A stretch of 64,000 bases of DNA from the human T2T-CHM13v2.0 reference genome, Homo sapiens, in assembly GCF_009914755.1 (NCBI RefSeq), contig NC_060931.1; one strand, written 5' to 3'. This document shows positions 48,351 to 64,000 of the stretch, one piece after another. The position numbers and the translations under genes were made by a program. A model generated the notes under the pieces. That model saw only the letters and a list, made by a program, of their open reading frames with translations. It searched no databases and was not told the origin of the DNA. Within the stretch, counting starts at the first letter, position 1. Each line of letters starts with the position of its first letter.

Positions 48351-51300
48351 GCTCTTCATTTTTTACCCCTTTGTGTGGGGCTACTAAAAATATCATATAT
48401 TAATCAGAAAGGTAGGTAAAGACATGAAAGGGAAAATTTACTATCTCTGTCAGTTTTTTACCCAAAAAACTGTTACTGCCACATTTGAAGTGGATTTGCG
48501 TGTTAGGACAAAGAATTTCAAGAGTCTCTGGTTACTTGAAAGATTTTTAATTTGAACAGAAATAGAGCTAGATACCAATGGAAATACTTTGTTATAGTAA
48601 TTTTGGGTTTTGTTGGTTTTGGGTTTTTTTGGTACAACATTGTTCATCTTCCTTTGTAAATGGCAGATTTAATCCAATCTAATTTTGCGGTTTACAACAT
48701 TCTGCTGACACATTCCATGTTACTTATTTTATTTGCAGTGTAACCACAAAAATAATTTCCATTTTCAATAAAGATAAAATATTAGAAGAACCTATTTTTC
48801 TTAGTCCACTAAGTGTAACTTTTTTATTTCCAGGTATTTATGAGATTCTGTAGTAAATGTATCATCCTAAAGCCTATTTAAGGTTGGAATGGCAAATGAT
48901 CAGCAAGAGAGAGTTATAACATAATGTTTTAAACATGCCATCCTTAGCCTATAATAAGTAATAAGTAGAATCAAGACAGCAAAAGACATATTTGTCCTCA
49001 GGATGCTTATAAGGCTAATTGGAGAAAGAAGGCATTAGTAAATGAAAAGATGAAATGAGTGATAAGAATTTTAACAGTACTGCAGGTAATTTGGGTATTG
49101 GGAAGGAGAGGATACTGGCAAAGTCCACAAAAGAATCAAGAAGAACGCTTAACAACGTATGTTTATTAAGATAATTTTCATAATGAAAGTATATATGGAT
49201 GACAAAGTGCAGCTAAAAGGTAAGAATTGCATATGTTATGCATACCCTAATCCTGTTATTCACAGTAAGGTTGTTAGTATAATATACTACTGCCTTCTTA
49301 ACAAGTGACCACAGTTCATTTTCTTGATATTGAAAATCTCCTTAGGAAGTTCTGTCTATTACCAAGTTAATGCATTGGCATTCTTGGATTTATTCTTTTA
49401 AAAATATTTGCTGAGATCCTGTTATATGTCAGGTCCCATCCTAGGCACATATTTATATTAATTCTCTCACATGTAGTGAACAAGTATTTATTTTCAAGCT
49501 AGCAAAAGGAAATCAAATTGTTCATTTCAACTCATGTTTAAAACGTGCCACATTGTTAGGGCTTAGTCATACTTTAAATTTAGCATAAGAGTTTCTTGAG
49601 TCATTCAATGCTGTATATAGTGAGTTCTATATACCTGGTTTAAGCCTTCATAATAAAGGCTTGGGTTTTGCTGCCATTTGTAATGATAGGGTTAAAAACA
49701 AGTACACAGTTTTATACCTCTATATGAAAATTTTTCAGCAAGGTATCTTGAGATTATTTACTTGCCAGTCTTGCTGCATTCCTATTAATTAACTTCACTG
49801 GAATTTACCAAGTATTTGTTGGTTCTAGAAATGGGTATGAACAGGAGATGAATTGATTCAAGAATACAAAAGAAAAAAAAAAGCCAAATCTGGAATTAGA
49901 GTTTTTTAAGATTTGTAGGATCTCATTGTGCTAATAAATAAGTACAAGCTATCTGACCAACCAGCTCCCATTCTTCAGCTACCTTCACCTGCCAGTGGCA
50001 AAGACACTTGAATTGGTATTTATAGTTTAGACATTTTCAGACTGATTTCTACAGAGATCTAGAGTTCCAGGTACTCAGGAGATACATAGGATCCAACTGG
50101 AGGCCACCAACCTCTTTTCCTTTCAGTCAAATCACCTGTGATTATATTTGGGGAAAGTAAAGGTTCCAACTAACCTGTAACCAGTTTGGAAAATCATTGC
50201 TCCACATGGAATATTCTGAGCTTACTTCTGTACACAGATGCCACCAATGTCAAGTTCTCCATGATAATAGCCTCTGTGTGGGGAGGTAGAGTGTGAAGGA
50301 TGCTGTGGCAGTGTGTTCATCATGGTTGATGACCTTCAAATTCCTTACTAGAAACTGTGTCTACTTTCAGGCTCTGCAATTTAGAGAAATGTGGAAAAGT
50401 TGGAGAGAAATCAGAGCACAACCACAAAGACAATTACAGCAAATTACCTTGGAGGCAACTAGAATTATTTTATTTGAAAAAGAGAAATCTGAAGGCAATT
50501 TAATAATGGTCTTTCAGACATTGGGAATTATTAGATTGGGATTAAGGACCAGATTTCCTTCACGTGCAAACATAGGTGGGGGGAAAGGGGAAGTGAGGGG
50601 CTCCTGCTTTGGCAGGAAGAATATAATACAGAATCAAAAGAAAAAAAAACAGCAATCAGATGCTGAGCCTATTTACTCAAAGGAATAGATCATTCAGTAC
50701 ACCGTTCATGGAAGTTTTTTAAAGGCAATATGAATTCCTGTCTCTGTTTTATGTGTTAGATAACGTGCTACCTGAAGGAACAGGGATGAGTTCAATGAAC
50801 TTTGTTTTTTTAACCCTGTCAGTGATTTATCTTTAAATTATATCATAAGGTATAGATTTCAAACAATTATTTTGAATTACAGTATCATAGCTTGATGCTG
50901 CCAGGAGAGGATCTACTTTCTAATAAAGTTAAGGAAGTTAGTGGCAAAGAGGAATGTTTATTCCAGGGGTCAGGAACTCAGATACCTACAGGGACAGGTG
51001 GGTATTACAAAGGAGTGAAGCTAACAATATAGAACTATATGACATTAGAAAAATTGTGGGGTATTAGAAAGCATATAACTCTTCTAAAAGGGGCAACCAC
51101 TACTAACTGGCCAATTGTTATCATGTCCCAATATGCCTAATATTAACGGATGCTTGGCTTTCTCAAGGAAAGCTGGAAATCTAGAACTTTATGTGAAACA
51201 TTTTTCTCACATTGACAGAATACTCAGATTTGTAAATGTGCTAGGCAGGCAAAACAATACACTTGGTGCAGGCTGCAAGTTAGAAACCTTTGGTTTATTC

Positions 51301-51828
51301 TTTAGCTCACTAGTTCACCACAATAATTAACAAGCAAACAAAACAGAACTGTTTGAACTCTAACGCTTAGGAGAATTAATCAGCTAAACCTTTGCAAGGC
51401 TTAATTAAGGTCCCTTCCAACTCTGTGATTCATTAAACTCCCCTTCCCTTTTCATTGCTCTCAGTATTGGGTGGCGTATTCACAAAGAGAATTTAAAGAA
51501 ATGACTTATTTCCCTCAGCAACATAATTTTATTTGGTAAAATAATCAAATGCTCAGAAAAAACAACTCTTGTTTCTGTATTAAAGATGCCACTGATACTA
51601 GTAGATTTTTAGAAACGCACTTGTATATGGCATAGGTTTGTCACTTTGGATCTTTAAACTAACATTTGTTTATAACATTGGCTGCATGAGGCATGCTTGG
51701 CTGAAAAACCTACTTACACTTTTACCATTTGGGTACATGTCTTACTTGTCTTTTATAAAATATTTTCAAATAACTCACCTCCACCTGGGGTAAGGACAGC
51801 TGGATTTCTGAAATCCCCTTCCTTTCAG

Positions 51829-51984
51829 ACAGGAGAATATGCCACAGATGAAGAAGAAGATGAGGTAGGACCTGTCCTTCCTGGCAGCGACATGGCCATT
51901 GAAGTCTTTGAGCTGCCTGAGAATGAGGACATGTTTTCCCCATCAGAACTGGACACAAGCAAGCTCAGTCACAAGTTCAAAGAG
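51829..51984 (+). CDS. PPP1R9A: Neurabin-1 internal coding exon, 156 nt (acidic region leading into coiled coil)
   Basis: Acceptor ccccttcctttcag|ACA and donor GAG|gtatgc. Translates as [52 protein letters not shown], the tail of ORF 51697..51996. Confidence 0.96.
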
Positions 51985-52344
51985 GTATGCCACTAAGCTG
52001 CAAAATATTTCTTTATGCCTGTCCATTTCATTAAGTATATATTTCTGTTCAAATAATATATTAAGAATAATCAGTTTGCAAATCAAAGCTTTTTAATAAC
52101 AGGTTGTCTTGAGTCTCATTGAATTTCAAGTAGAATTTAAGTAGATCTCGTTCCACGGTCATTGATTTAAACGCTTATTTGTCATAGTGACATACCTGTA
52201 GCCCATAATTTCAAGCAGTAACTTAAATGTGCAGTTTTATGATGTTTAAGTTATATTTTTTCAGTTTTACAGAAGTTTTGGTAACTAGTGATAAGCTTTT
52301 CTCTCAAGGCAGAGACTTCCTAAAAAGTCTCTTTTTGTCTTTCT

Positions 52345-52730
52345 GTTCATGAAATAGGTTTCTAATAAGCATCAGATGGCATACCCAAAGGGTTTACTTG
52401 AAGAGAGTTTAATACACAGACTTTGAACAGAGTTAATAGTACTAACAAGGGGTGGTGAAGTGCACAGGGACTGGCAACAGCAGGAGGCTGTTACCATCAA
52501 CATCTGCAGCTTTATAAGATGCACAGCCACTGGTAAAAGCTGCATCCTTGGGGCAAGGGTAAGAATACACCCTGACTCTGCTTTCCTTTTCTGCTGATGC
52601 TTCCAAACCCAGGCAAGGGAGTATGGTGATGCAGTCTCAGAGTTTGAAGAGATCAGACTCCTGAGGCAATGTGCTCTCAGAGAAGGGCCAAGAATAGAAC
52701 CTTGGGAGAGGAAATGTGGATAACTCTTCC
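52345..52730. mobile_element. Old ERVL-type LTR fragment (LTR33-like)
   Basis: cagatggcatacccaaagggtttacttgaagagagtttaat...cagggactggcaacagcaggaggctgttacca. The family name is from memory. Confidence 0.42.
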
Positions 52731-53360
52731 AAAGTAGCTTCTCAGAACCATGACACATGTAAAACAGAAACAGTGATTAATAGGTCCCAAAGCAGTTTAT
52801 CTATCCTTCATTGTTTTGGAAGAGTATCCTCCATCATTGAAGAGAAATGTGTCATTATTTACAACTTGTTCATTTCTTCTAAAGACTTTCTAAATTAACT
52901 GATATCTTCAAACCAAAGAGCAATGCAGAAAAAGAAAAGGTCTGCAGAAAGTGGCTGAGTGGGAGAAAGAGGTGTAATCTAGTTACCTGTTTCTCTGCAG
53001 CCCTTATTTGGTCAAAGAATATAAGTTATCAAGAAAAGTAGGTAGATGACTTGTTCTCTAAGAATATTTTAACTCACAACCCAACTTTAACAAATATTGA
53101 AGGCAGTGAGATCAAAATAGTATTCCCTGGCGAAAGCCTATAATACAGCTCTTTCATTTTACCAGTTGAGTATGACCCCTAGTCTTTGGTAGATAATTGA
53201 GCTGGAAGAAGGGTCCACATTCTTTTATGGGAGGTGAAGAGCCTACAGGGCACAGATAATATATGGAAAGTTATATCTTCCATTTTCAAAATTGAGCTAA
53301 GGACTCAAAGTTCCATAAATATTGTTTTAAGCATGCACCATTGTGTAGAGTGATCTAGAC

Positions 53361-53573
53361 CAGGGGTTAGCAAATTATGATACATTGTCCAAATCTGGGC
53401 TACTTTTTATAAATAAAGTTTTATTTGAACACAAGCATGCCCATCTCTTTATTGTTTGTGGCTGATAACATACTACAACAGCAAAGTTGAGTAGTTGCAA
53501 TAGAGACTGTATGGCCTGCAAATCCTAAATTATTTGCTTTCTGGCCCTTTACTGAAAAATGTTACTGACCCTG
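53361..53573. mobile_element. MER58A-like hAT-Charlie MITE
   Basis: Terminal inverted repeats caggggttagcaaa / ttactgaccctg and degenerate 8-bp TSD atctagac/gtgtagac. Confidence 0.8.
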
Positions 53574-54823
53574 GTGTAGACTGCTGTGTGATCTCGATTC
53601 ATTCTGTGTAATGTGGCTGATTTATTTTTAGCTTGAGTAACCAGATCTGTAACTTTATTTTAGTTTTGGTTTCTAAGAATTGGAATTTCATCCTCACCTC
53701 AATAACAGGCAATATCACATCGTTCCACTTAACAATTCTTTTATCCTCTTTTGTTTTACATTTAACATTAATATATTCATTTCTTCAGAATATTGCCCCT
53801 GTGTATCACCTGTGTGGCACTCTTTTGTGACATTTGTATCTTGTACACTGTCACTATCATAGTCTTAAATTTCTTTATGTGATTAATATACATGTCCAAA
53901 TATTATATAGCACTGGGCACTTTTCACAGGATCATCCACAAAACTTGGGGTGAGTGTGAAGGATCATATTGTATTAGAGTCTTTACAAAGTTTCATGTTA
54001 CAGGATTGTCTTAATTATTTTAAGCAAAAGTATGTGTTTTACTACTCGGGCAAAATACATTAGACTGACATTATCTCAATCAGTCATACTTTGGGCCTGT
54101 TTTGTATCTATCTTCCTGCTAAACTCAAAGCTCGCATGTTTTTGCTTATTATCATGTCCTCAGTCTTTGTACAATTCTTGGCATATAGTTAGTGGTGAAA
54201 TATTTATGGAATGAATGGTGTCAAACATATACTGGAATTTGTTGTATGATATAAGACATGTACCCAATTTAATGTTTCCAAATAGCCAACAAAAGTTGGC
54301 TAGCCCTTTTATTAAATGCTCCTTTACCAATTTCCCTTTGGTGGGAGGGCCAACATTATTATCTAAAGAATTTGTGCCTTTACCTTCTGAACTGCTTATG
54401 GCTTCATAGTCTGCTCCATCTTCTCATTTTTCTTCAGTGCAATACTATTAGAATATACGTCAATATTGATGAGCTAAGTCGCATCATTCCAACTTTTCAA
54501 AAATGCCTTTATTTTTCAACTTATTCAAGAAAATATTTGAATCACTTTATAAATACCCTTGAAAAATACGCTGCATTTTTTGTTGTAATTATGTTAAACT
54601 AGTAAATTTCTAGAGAACTGGCATTTTAAAAATCACATCGAATCTTTTAATCCAAGTTCATGGAATATATTTGTTTAATTCAAGCCTTTTTTCTCATCCT
54701 CCCTAAAATTTTATCGTGCCCTTTATTCATTATATAAGTCACATACATACATAAGTTACCTAAGTATCGAGCTATAAGTAACAGGACATATTACTGGAGT
54801 GGGTTAAATAAAAGCTGCCACAT

Positions 54824-54987
54824 GGCCAGTCATGCTGGCTCACATCTATAATCTTAGTTCTTTGGGAGGCTGAGGTGGGAAAATGGCTTGAGCTCAGGAG
54901 TTCAAAGTTACAATGAGCAATGAAGGTTGCCACAGCACTCCAGCCTGAGTGACAGAACCACACAAGACCCCATCTCAAATAAACAAA
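54824..54987 (+). mobile_element. Alu monomer (FRAM/FAM-like)
   Basis: Single arm ggccagtcatgctggctcac...agaccccatctc with a short A tail. Confidence 0.78.
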
Positions 54988-54992
54988 AACTG

Positions 54993-57900
54993 GGAGGATT
55001 AAGATGGCAGGTAGGAGGGAGAACTGCTGCAGCTTCTGCTTGGTTGGACAGAACAGCATGTGGAGACTCACATTGTGAACTTTTGCCCCAAGAACTACCA
55101 CAGGAAAATACCAGGAAAGCCAAGAGAATCCACAGACCTTTTGAAGGAACTGGATCACCGCTGCAGGCTCCCTAAAATGCCAAAAAAGTGTGAGTCTGCT
55201 TGCTTTCTCAACAGGGAAGCTCGTGATTTAGGGTGAGTTCTCAGCCCTGGTCATAAGCTGCCTGGAAATAGACTTGGTGCTGTTGTGGAGGGCACGGTGG
55301 GAGTGAGACTGGCCTTTAGGACTCTGGGCTGCGTGGGAGCAGAGTGAGGCCTATGACTTCCGGCTTTCCCCCACTTCCCTGGTGGCGTATATGACTCATC
55401 AGAGGCAGCCATAATCCCCCTGGGAATATAACTCCATTGGACTGGGAACCACAACCTCCTCCCCCACAGCAGCCATAGCAAGCCCCACCAAAGGAGAGAC
55501 TGAGCTAAGACACTCCTGTCCCTCCCCCAACCTGGTGGTCTTACTCTACCCACCCTGGTAGCTGAAGACAAAGGTTATAATCTCTTGGGAGCTCTGTGGC
55601 CCTGCTGACTGCCTGAGAAACCTGAATACTTGACCAGGTGTTCCTAGGGCAAATTTGCATCCTCCCTATAGGACCCCAGCTCATGTGCTCTTGAAAGTGC
55701 CAACTCCTGGCTGGAATCTAACCAATACAAGACCAGCACACTCAATAAAAATAACAACCAAGGACCCTGCAGAGTCCACTTCACTCCCTTGCTACCTCCA
55801 TCAAAGCAGGTGCTGGTATCCATGGCTACAAGACCTGAAGATGAATCACATCACAGTACTCTTTGCAGATACTCCCAAGTACCAGTGCAGAGCCTGGTAG
55901 CTCCACTGGGTGCTAGATCCAGAAAAGCAAAAATAATCACTACATTTCAGCTCTCAGGAAACCCCATTCCTAGGGTAAGGGAGAGAACACCAAATCAAGG
56001 CAGCACACTGTGGGACAAAAGAATCTGAACAGTAGCCCTTGAATCCCAGATCTTCCCTCTGATGTAGTCTATCCAAATGAGAAGGAATCAGAAAAACAAT
56101 TCTGGTATATGACAAAACAAGGTTCTTTAACACCCCCAAAAGATCATACCAGTTAGCCAGCAATGGATCCAAACCAAGATGAAATCTCTGAATTGCCAGA
56201 AAAATATTTTAGAAGGTCAATTATTAAGCTAATCAAGGAGGCACCAGAGGAAGGTGAAGTCCAACTTAAAGACATCAAAAACATAATACAAGAAATGAAA
56301 AAAGTTTTTCAGTGAAATAGATAGCATAAATAAAAAAACAGTCACAACTTCTGGAAATCAAGGACACACACAAATGCAAAATGCACTGGAAGGTCTCAGC
56401 AGTAGAATCAAACAAGCAGAAGAAAGAACTTGAAGACAAGGCTTTCAAATTAACCCAGTCCACCAAAGACAAATAAAAAAGAATTTTAAAAAATGAGTAA
56501 AGCCTCCAAGAAGTTTGGGACTATGTTAAATGTCCAAACTAAAAATAATTAGTGTTCCTGAGGAAGGAGAGAAATCTAAAAGTTTGGAAAACGGATATTT
56601 GAGGGAATAATTGAGGAAAACCTCCCCAAAACAAAGAGAAACAAATCCTCGAAATACACCAAAATAGAACCTTCTTCAAGCATAAATCTCACAGGACCTT
56701 TATAACAATAGCACAATAGAAAAAAAGGTATTCAAGCAATAAATAGCACAATGAGTAGAATAGTACCTCACATGTCAATACTAACATTGAATGTAAATGG
56801 CCTAAATACTCCACCTAAAAGATACAGAATGGCAGAATGGATAAGAATTCACCAATCAAGTTTCTGCTGTCTTCAGGAAACTCACCTAACACGTAAGGAC
56901 TCACATAAACTTAAGGTAAAGGGGTGGAAAAAGATACCGTATGCAAATGGACACCAAAAGCAAGTAGGAGTAGCTATTCTTAGACAAAACAAACTAAAGC
57001 AACAGCAGTTAAAAAAAGACAAAGAGAGAAATTATATAATGATAAAAGGACTAGTCCAACAAGAAAATATTACAATTCTAACTATATTTGCAGCTAACAC
57101 TGGAGCTCCGAAATTTATTACTGTTAGACCTAAGAAATGAGATAGATGGCAACACAATAATAGTGGGGGACTTTCATACTCTACTGTCAGCACTAGACAG
57201 GTGGGTCATCAAGACAGAAAGTCAACAAAGAAACAATAGGCTTAAACTATACCCTACAACAAATGGACTTCACAGATATTTGTGGAACATTCTACCCAAC
57301 AATTGCAGAATATACATTCTATTCATCGGCACATGGAACTTCTCCAAGATAGACCTTATGATAGGCCACAAAACAAGTCTCAGTAAATTTAAGAAAATTG
57401 AAATTATCTCAAGTTCTCTAAGACCACAGTGAAATAAAATTGGAAATCAACTCTGAAAGGCACCCTCAAAACAATGCAAATACATGGTAATTAAATAACC
57501 CTGCTCCTGAATGATTGTTGGGTCAACAATCAAGATGGAAATTTAAAAGTTATTCGAACTATATGATAATAGTGACACAACCTGTCAAAACCTCTGGGAT
57601 ACAGCAAAAGCGGTGCTAAGAGGAAAGTTTATAGCATTAAATAACTACATCAAAAAGTCTGAAAGGGCTCAAACTGACAATCTAAGGTCCCACTTCACAG
57701 AACTGAAGAAACAAGAACAATCCAAACCCAAACCCAGCAGAAGAAAAGAAATAATGAAGATCAGAGCAAAACTAAATCAAATTGAAACAAACAAATGCAA
57801 AAGATAAATGAAATAAAAAGCTGGTTCTTTGAAAAGATAAATAAAATTGATAGATCTCTAGCGAGATTAACCAAGAAAAGAAGAGAGAAGATCCAGATAA

Positions 57901-60900
57901 GCTCAGTTACAAATGAAACGGGAGATACTACAGCTGATACCACAGAAATAGAAAAGATCATTCAAGGCTACTATGAAAACCTTTACACGCATAAACTAGA
58001 AAATCTAGAGGAGATGTTTAAATTCCTGGAAATATACAATCACCCTAGATTAAACCAGGAAGATATAAAAATCTCTGAACAGACCAATAGCAGGCAGAGA
58101 GATTGAAATGGTAATTAAAAAAAATTGCCAACAATGAGGAAAGGATTCCCTGTTTAATAAATAGTGTTAGGAAAACTGGCTAGCCATATGCAGAAAACTG
58201 AAACTGGACCCCTTCCTTACACCTTATACAAAAATTATTTCAAGATGGATTAAAGACTTAAACACAACATCTAAAACCATAAAAACCCTAGAAGAAAACC
58301 TAGGCAATACCATTCAGGACACAAGCATAGGCAAAGACTTCATGACTAAAACACAAAAAGCAATAGCAACAAAAGCCAAAGTTGACAAATGGGATCTAAC
58401 TAATCTAAAGAGCTTCTGCATAGCAAAAGAAACTATTATCAGAGTGAACAGGCAACCTACAGAATGGGAGAAAATTTTTGCAATCTATCCATCTGACAAA
58501 GGGCTAATATCCAGAATCTACAAGGAACTTAAACAAATTTACAAGAAAAAAACAACCCCATCAAAAAGTGGGCTAAGGATATGAACAGACACTTTTCAAA
58601 ACAAGAAATTTATGTGGCCAACAAACATATGAAAAAAAGCTTATCATCACTGGTCATTGGAGAAATGTGAATCAAAACGACAATGAGATACCATCTCATA
58701 CCAGTTAGAATGACAATCATTAAAAAGTCAGGAAACAACAGATGCTGGAGAGGATATGGAGAAATAGGAATGCTTTTACACTGTTGGTGGGAGTGTAAAT
58801 TAGTTCGACCATTGTGGAAGACAGTGTGGTGATTCCTCAGGGGTCTAGAACTAGAAATACCATTTGACCCAGCAATCCCATTACTGGGTATATACCCAAA
58901 GGATTATAAATCATTCTACTATAAAGACACATGCACACCTATGTTTATTGCAGCACTATTCACAATAGCAAAGACTTGGAACCAACCCAAATGCCCATCA
59001 TTGATAGACTGGATAAAGAAAATGTGGCACATATACACCATGGAATACTATGCAGTCATAAAAAAGGATGACTTAATGTCCTTTGCAGGGACATGGATGA
59101 AGCTGGAAACCATCATTCTCAGCAAACTAACACAGGAACAGAAAACCAAACACCACATGTTCTCACTCATAAGTGGGAGTTGAACAATGAGAAGATATGG
59201 GCACAGGGAGGGGAATGTCACACACCAGGGCCTGTCAGGGGGTGGGGGGCAAGGGGAGGGATAGCATTAGAAATACCTAATGTAGATGATGGGTTGATGG
59301 GTGCAGCAGCCTACCGTGGCACATGTATACCTATGTAACAAAACTGCATGTTCTGCACATGTATCCCAGAACTTAAAGTATAATAAAAAAAAGAAAAATA
59401 ATGTAAAAAATTGCCAACAAAAATAGTCCAGGACCATACACATTCACAGCTGCATTCTGTCAGACATTCAAAGAAGAATTGGTACCAATCCTACTGACAC
59501 TTTTCCAAAAGACAGAGAAAGAGGGAATCCTTCCTAAATCACTCTCTGAAACTGGTGTCACCCTAATACCCAAACCGGGAAGGGACATAACAAAAAAAGA
59601 AAACTACAGACCAACATCCCTGATGAACATGGGTGCAGAAATTCTCAACAAATTACTAGTGAACTGAATCCAACAGTATATCAAAAAGATAACCTACCAT
59701 GATCAAGTGGATTTCATACCAGGGATGCAGGAATGATTTAACATATGCAAGTCAATAAATGTGATACATCACATAAACAGAATTAAAATTTAAAAATCAC
59801 ATGGTCATCTCAATAGATGCAGAAAAAAGCATTTGACAGAATCCAGCATCCCTTTATGATGAAAACCATCAGCAAAATAGGCATAGAAGAGACATACCTT
59901 AAGGTAATAAAAGCCATCTATGACAGACCCACAACCAACATTATACTGAGTGGGGATAAGTTGAAAGCATTCCCCGTGAAAACTGGAACAAGACAAGGAT
60001 GCCCACTTTCAGTACTTGCATTCAACATAGTACTGGAAGTCCTAGCCAGAGCAAACAAGAAAAAGAAAGAAAGGGCATCCAAATCAGTAAAGAGGAAGCC
60101 AAACTGTCACTGTTTGCTGTTGATATGATTGTATACCTAAAAAACTATAAAGACTCATCCAAAAAGTTCCTAGAACTGGTAAATGAATTCAGCACAGTTT
60201 CAGGATACAAAATTAATGTACACAAATCAGTAGCTCTGCTATACACCAACAGCGACCAAGCTGAGAATCGAATCAAGAACTCAACGCCGTTCACAATAGC
60301 TGCAAAGAAAAATAAAATACTTAGGAATATACCTAACCAAGAAGGTAAAAGACCTCTATAAGGAAAACTACAAAACACTGCTGAAAGAAATCATAGACGA
60401 CACAAACAAATGGAAACACATTCCATGCTCATGGATGGGTAGAATCAATATTGTGAAAATGACCATATTGCAAAAAGCAATCTACAAATTCCTTGCAATT
60501 CCCATAAAAATACCACCATCATTCTTCACAGTACCATTCAGGACTAAAATTCATATGGAACCAAAAAAGAGCCCACATAGCCAAAGGAAGGCTAAGCAAG
60601 AAGAACAAATTTGGAGGCATCACATTACCCAACTTCAAACTATACTATCAGTCACCGATATAGCATGGTACTGGTATAAAATTAAGCACATAGACCAATG
60701 GAGCAGAATAGAGAACCCAGAAATAAACCCAAATATTTACAGCCAACTGATGTTCGACAAAGCAAACAAAAACATAAAGTGGGGAAAGGACACATTACTA
60801 ACAAATGGTGCTGGGACAATTGGCAAGCCAGGTGTAGAAGACTGAAACTGGATGCTTATCTCTCAACTTATACAAAAATCAACTCAAGATGGATCAAAGA

Positions 60901-62022
60901 CTTAAATCTAAGATCTGAAACCATAAAAATTCTAGACGATAACATCAGAAAAACTCTTCTAGACACTGGCTTAGGCAAAGAGTTCATGACCAAGAATCCA
61001 AAAGCAAATGCAACAAAAACAAAGGTAAATAGATGGGACGTAATTAAACTAAAAAGCTTCTGTTCAGTGAAAGAAACAATCAGCAGAGTAAACAGACAAT
61101 CCACAGACTGGGAGAAAGTCTTTGCCATCTATACATCTGACAAAGAACGAATATCCAGAATCCACAAAGAACTCAAACAAATCAGCAAGACAAAACAAAC
61201 AATCCCATCAAAAAGTGGGCTAAGGACATGAATGAATAGACAGTTCTCAAAAGAAGATAAACAAATGTCCAACAAACATATGGAAAAATGCTCAACATCA
61301 CTAATTATCAGGGAAATGTAAATCAAAATCACAATGTGATACCACCTCACTCCTGCAAGAATGGCCATAATCAAAAAATCAAAAAATAACTGATGTTGGC
61401 ATGGATATGGTGAAAAGGGAACAACTTTTACACTGTTGGTGGGAATGTAAACTAGTACAACCACTATGGAAAACAGTGTGGAGATTCCTTAAAGAACTAA
61501 AAGTAGATCTATCATTTGATCCAGTGGAAAAGAACTCATTGTATGGAAAAGATACTTGCACATACATTTTTATAGCAGTACAATTTGCATTTGCAAAAAT
61601 ATGGAACCAGCCCAAATGCCCATCAATCAATAAGTGGATAAAGAAAATGTGGTTTATATGTACCATGGAATACTACTCAGCCATAAAGAGGAAAGAAATA
61701 ATGGCATTCACAGCAACCTGGATGGAATTGGAGACTATTATTCTAAGTGAAGTAACTCAGGAATGGAAAACCAAACATCGTATGTTCTCACTTAAATGTG
61801 GGAGCTAAGCTATGGGTACACAAAGGCATGAGTGATACGTTGGACTTTGGAGACTCAAGTGAAAAGGTGGGGTGGCAAGAGGTTAAAGACTACACATTGG
61901 GTACAGTGTACACTGCTCAGGTGATGGGTTTACCAAAACCTCAGAAATCACCACTAAAGAATTTTTTAATGTAACCAAACACCACCTGTTCCCCAAAAAC
62001 CTATTATAACAACAACAAAAAA
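54993..62022 (+). mobile_element. Full-length decayed L1PB, sense, with an ORF1 deletion near 56625 and a nested L1PA
   Basis: 5' UTR aagatggcaggtaggagggagaactgc. ORF2 fragments 56751..61808. L1PB 3' UTR ctaagctatgggtac...caccacctgttccccaaaaacctat. Confidence 0.93.
58135..59404 (+). mobile_element. 5'-truncated L1PA7-like element nested in L1PB ORF2
   Basis: 16-bp TSD aaaaaattgccaacaa at 58119-58134 and 59405-59420. The host ORF2 resumes after it. Confidence 0.93.
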
Positions 62023-62187
62023 ATTTTAACTGCCACAAAGATTATATTTGCTTCAATATAAATTAGGAAGTTTTTCCGTATTTTTTTATTTTCAGAAATT
62101 ACTTTTATAAAAGAGACTTAATGATGTAGATAAGATAGAAAGTACCGTTCCTGGAAGTTTGTTATTATTCAGCTTTTAATTCAGCAT

Positions 62188-62232
62188 ATTAAAGGTAATG
62201 ACAGAAACCACAATTACTTTTGCACTAACCTT
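62188..62232. mobile_element. MADE1 half element
   Basis: attaaaggtaatgacagaaaccacaattacttttgcactaacct matches one arm of the MADE1 palindrome. Confidence 0.7.
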
Positions 62233-62239
62233 ATATAAA

Positions 62240-64000
<1,761 letters not shown>

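Noticed and set aside
50293-50688. 131-aa ORF in apparently unique sequence
   Set aside because: Non-ATG start, no recognisable domain or convincing splice-site pair. Probably chance or a degenerate repeat.
51697-51828. N-terminal part of the 99-aa ORF
   Set aside because: Intronic extension upstream of the acceptor. Only 51829-51984 matches neurabin-1.
62188-62232. miR-548-type microRNA hairpin
   Set aside because: Only one arm of the MADE1 palindrome is present, so no hairpin can form.

Overview
Human (primate) genomic DNA, not a prokaryotic locus. It lies inside PPP1R9A (neurabin-1), + strand. Three exons are recognisable by translation and splice sites. 24215-24350 encodes the end of the PDZ domain, (R)[16 protein letters not shown]...YDADDDE. 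29536-29601 is a 66-nt cassette, NTVAELQGMSGNCNNNNNYFLK. 51829-51984 encodes [11 protein letters not shown]...SHKFKE, leading into the coiled coil. The rest is intron and very L1-rich: three near full-length decayed L1PB copies, a 4.6-kb L1PA4/5-like copy, two L1PA7-like fragments, older L1M relics, about 15 Alus (including an AluYa5, which indicates human), MaLR/ERVL remnants, MIRs, DNA-transposon fossils and simple repeats. Almost every ORF in the supplied track is an L1 fragment or a repeat artefact. I do not see a new multi-gene system. The best candidate for something undescribed is a second frame-preserving 63-nt exon-like segment (28442-28504) with a Kozak ATG, next to the 66-nt cassette in a repeat-free block. 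Several unusual retrotransposition scars also merit checking. Repeat subfamily names come from remembered consensus sequences and need RepeatMasker/Dfam confirmation. Boundaries without target-site duplications (TSDs) are approximate.
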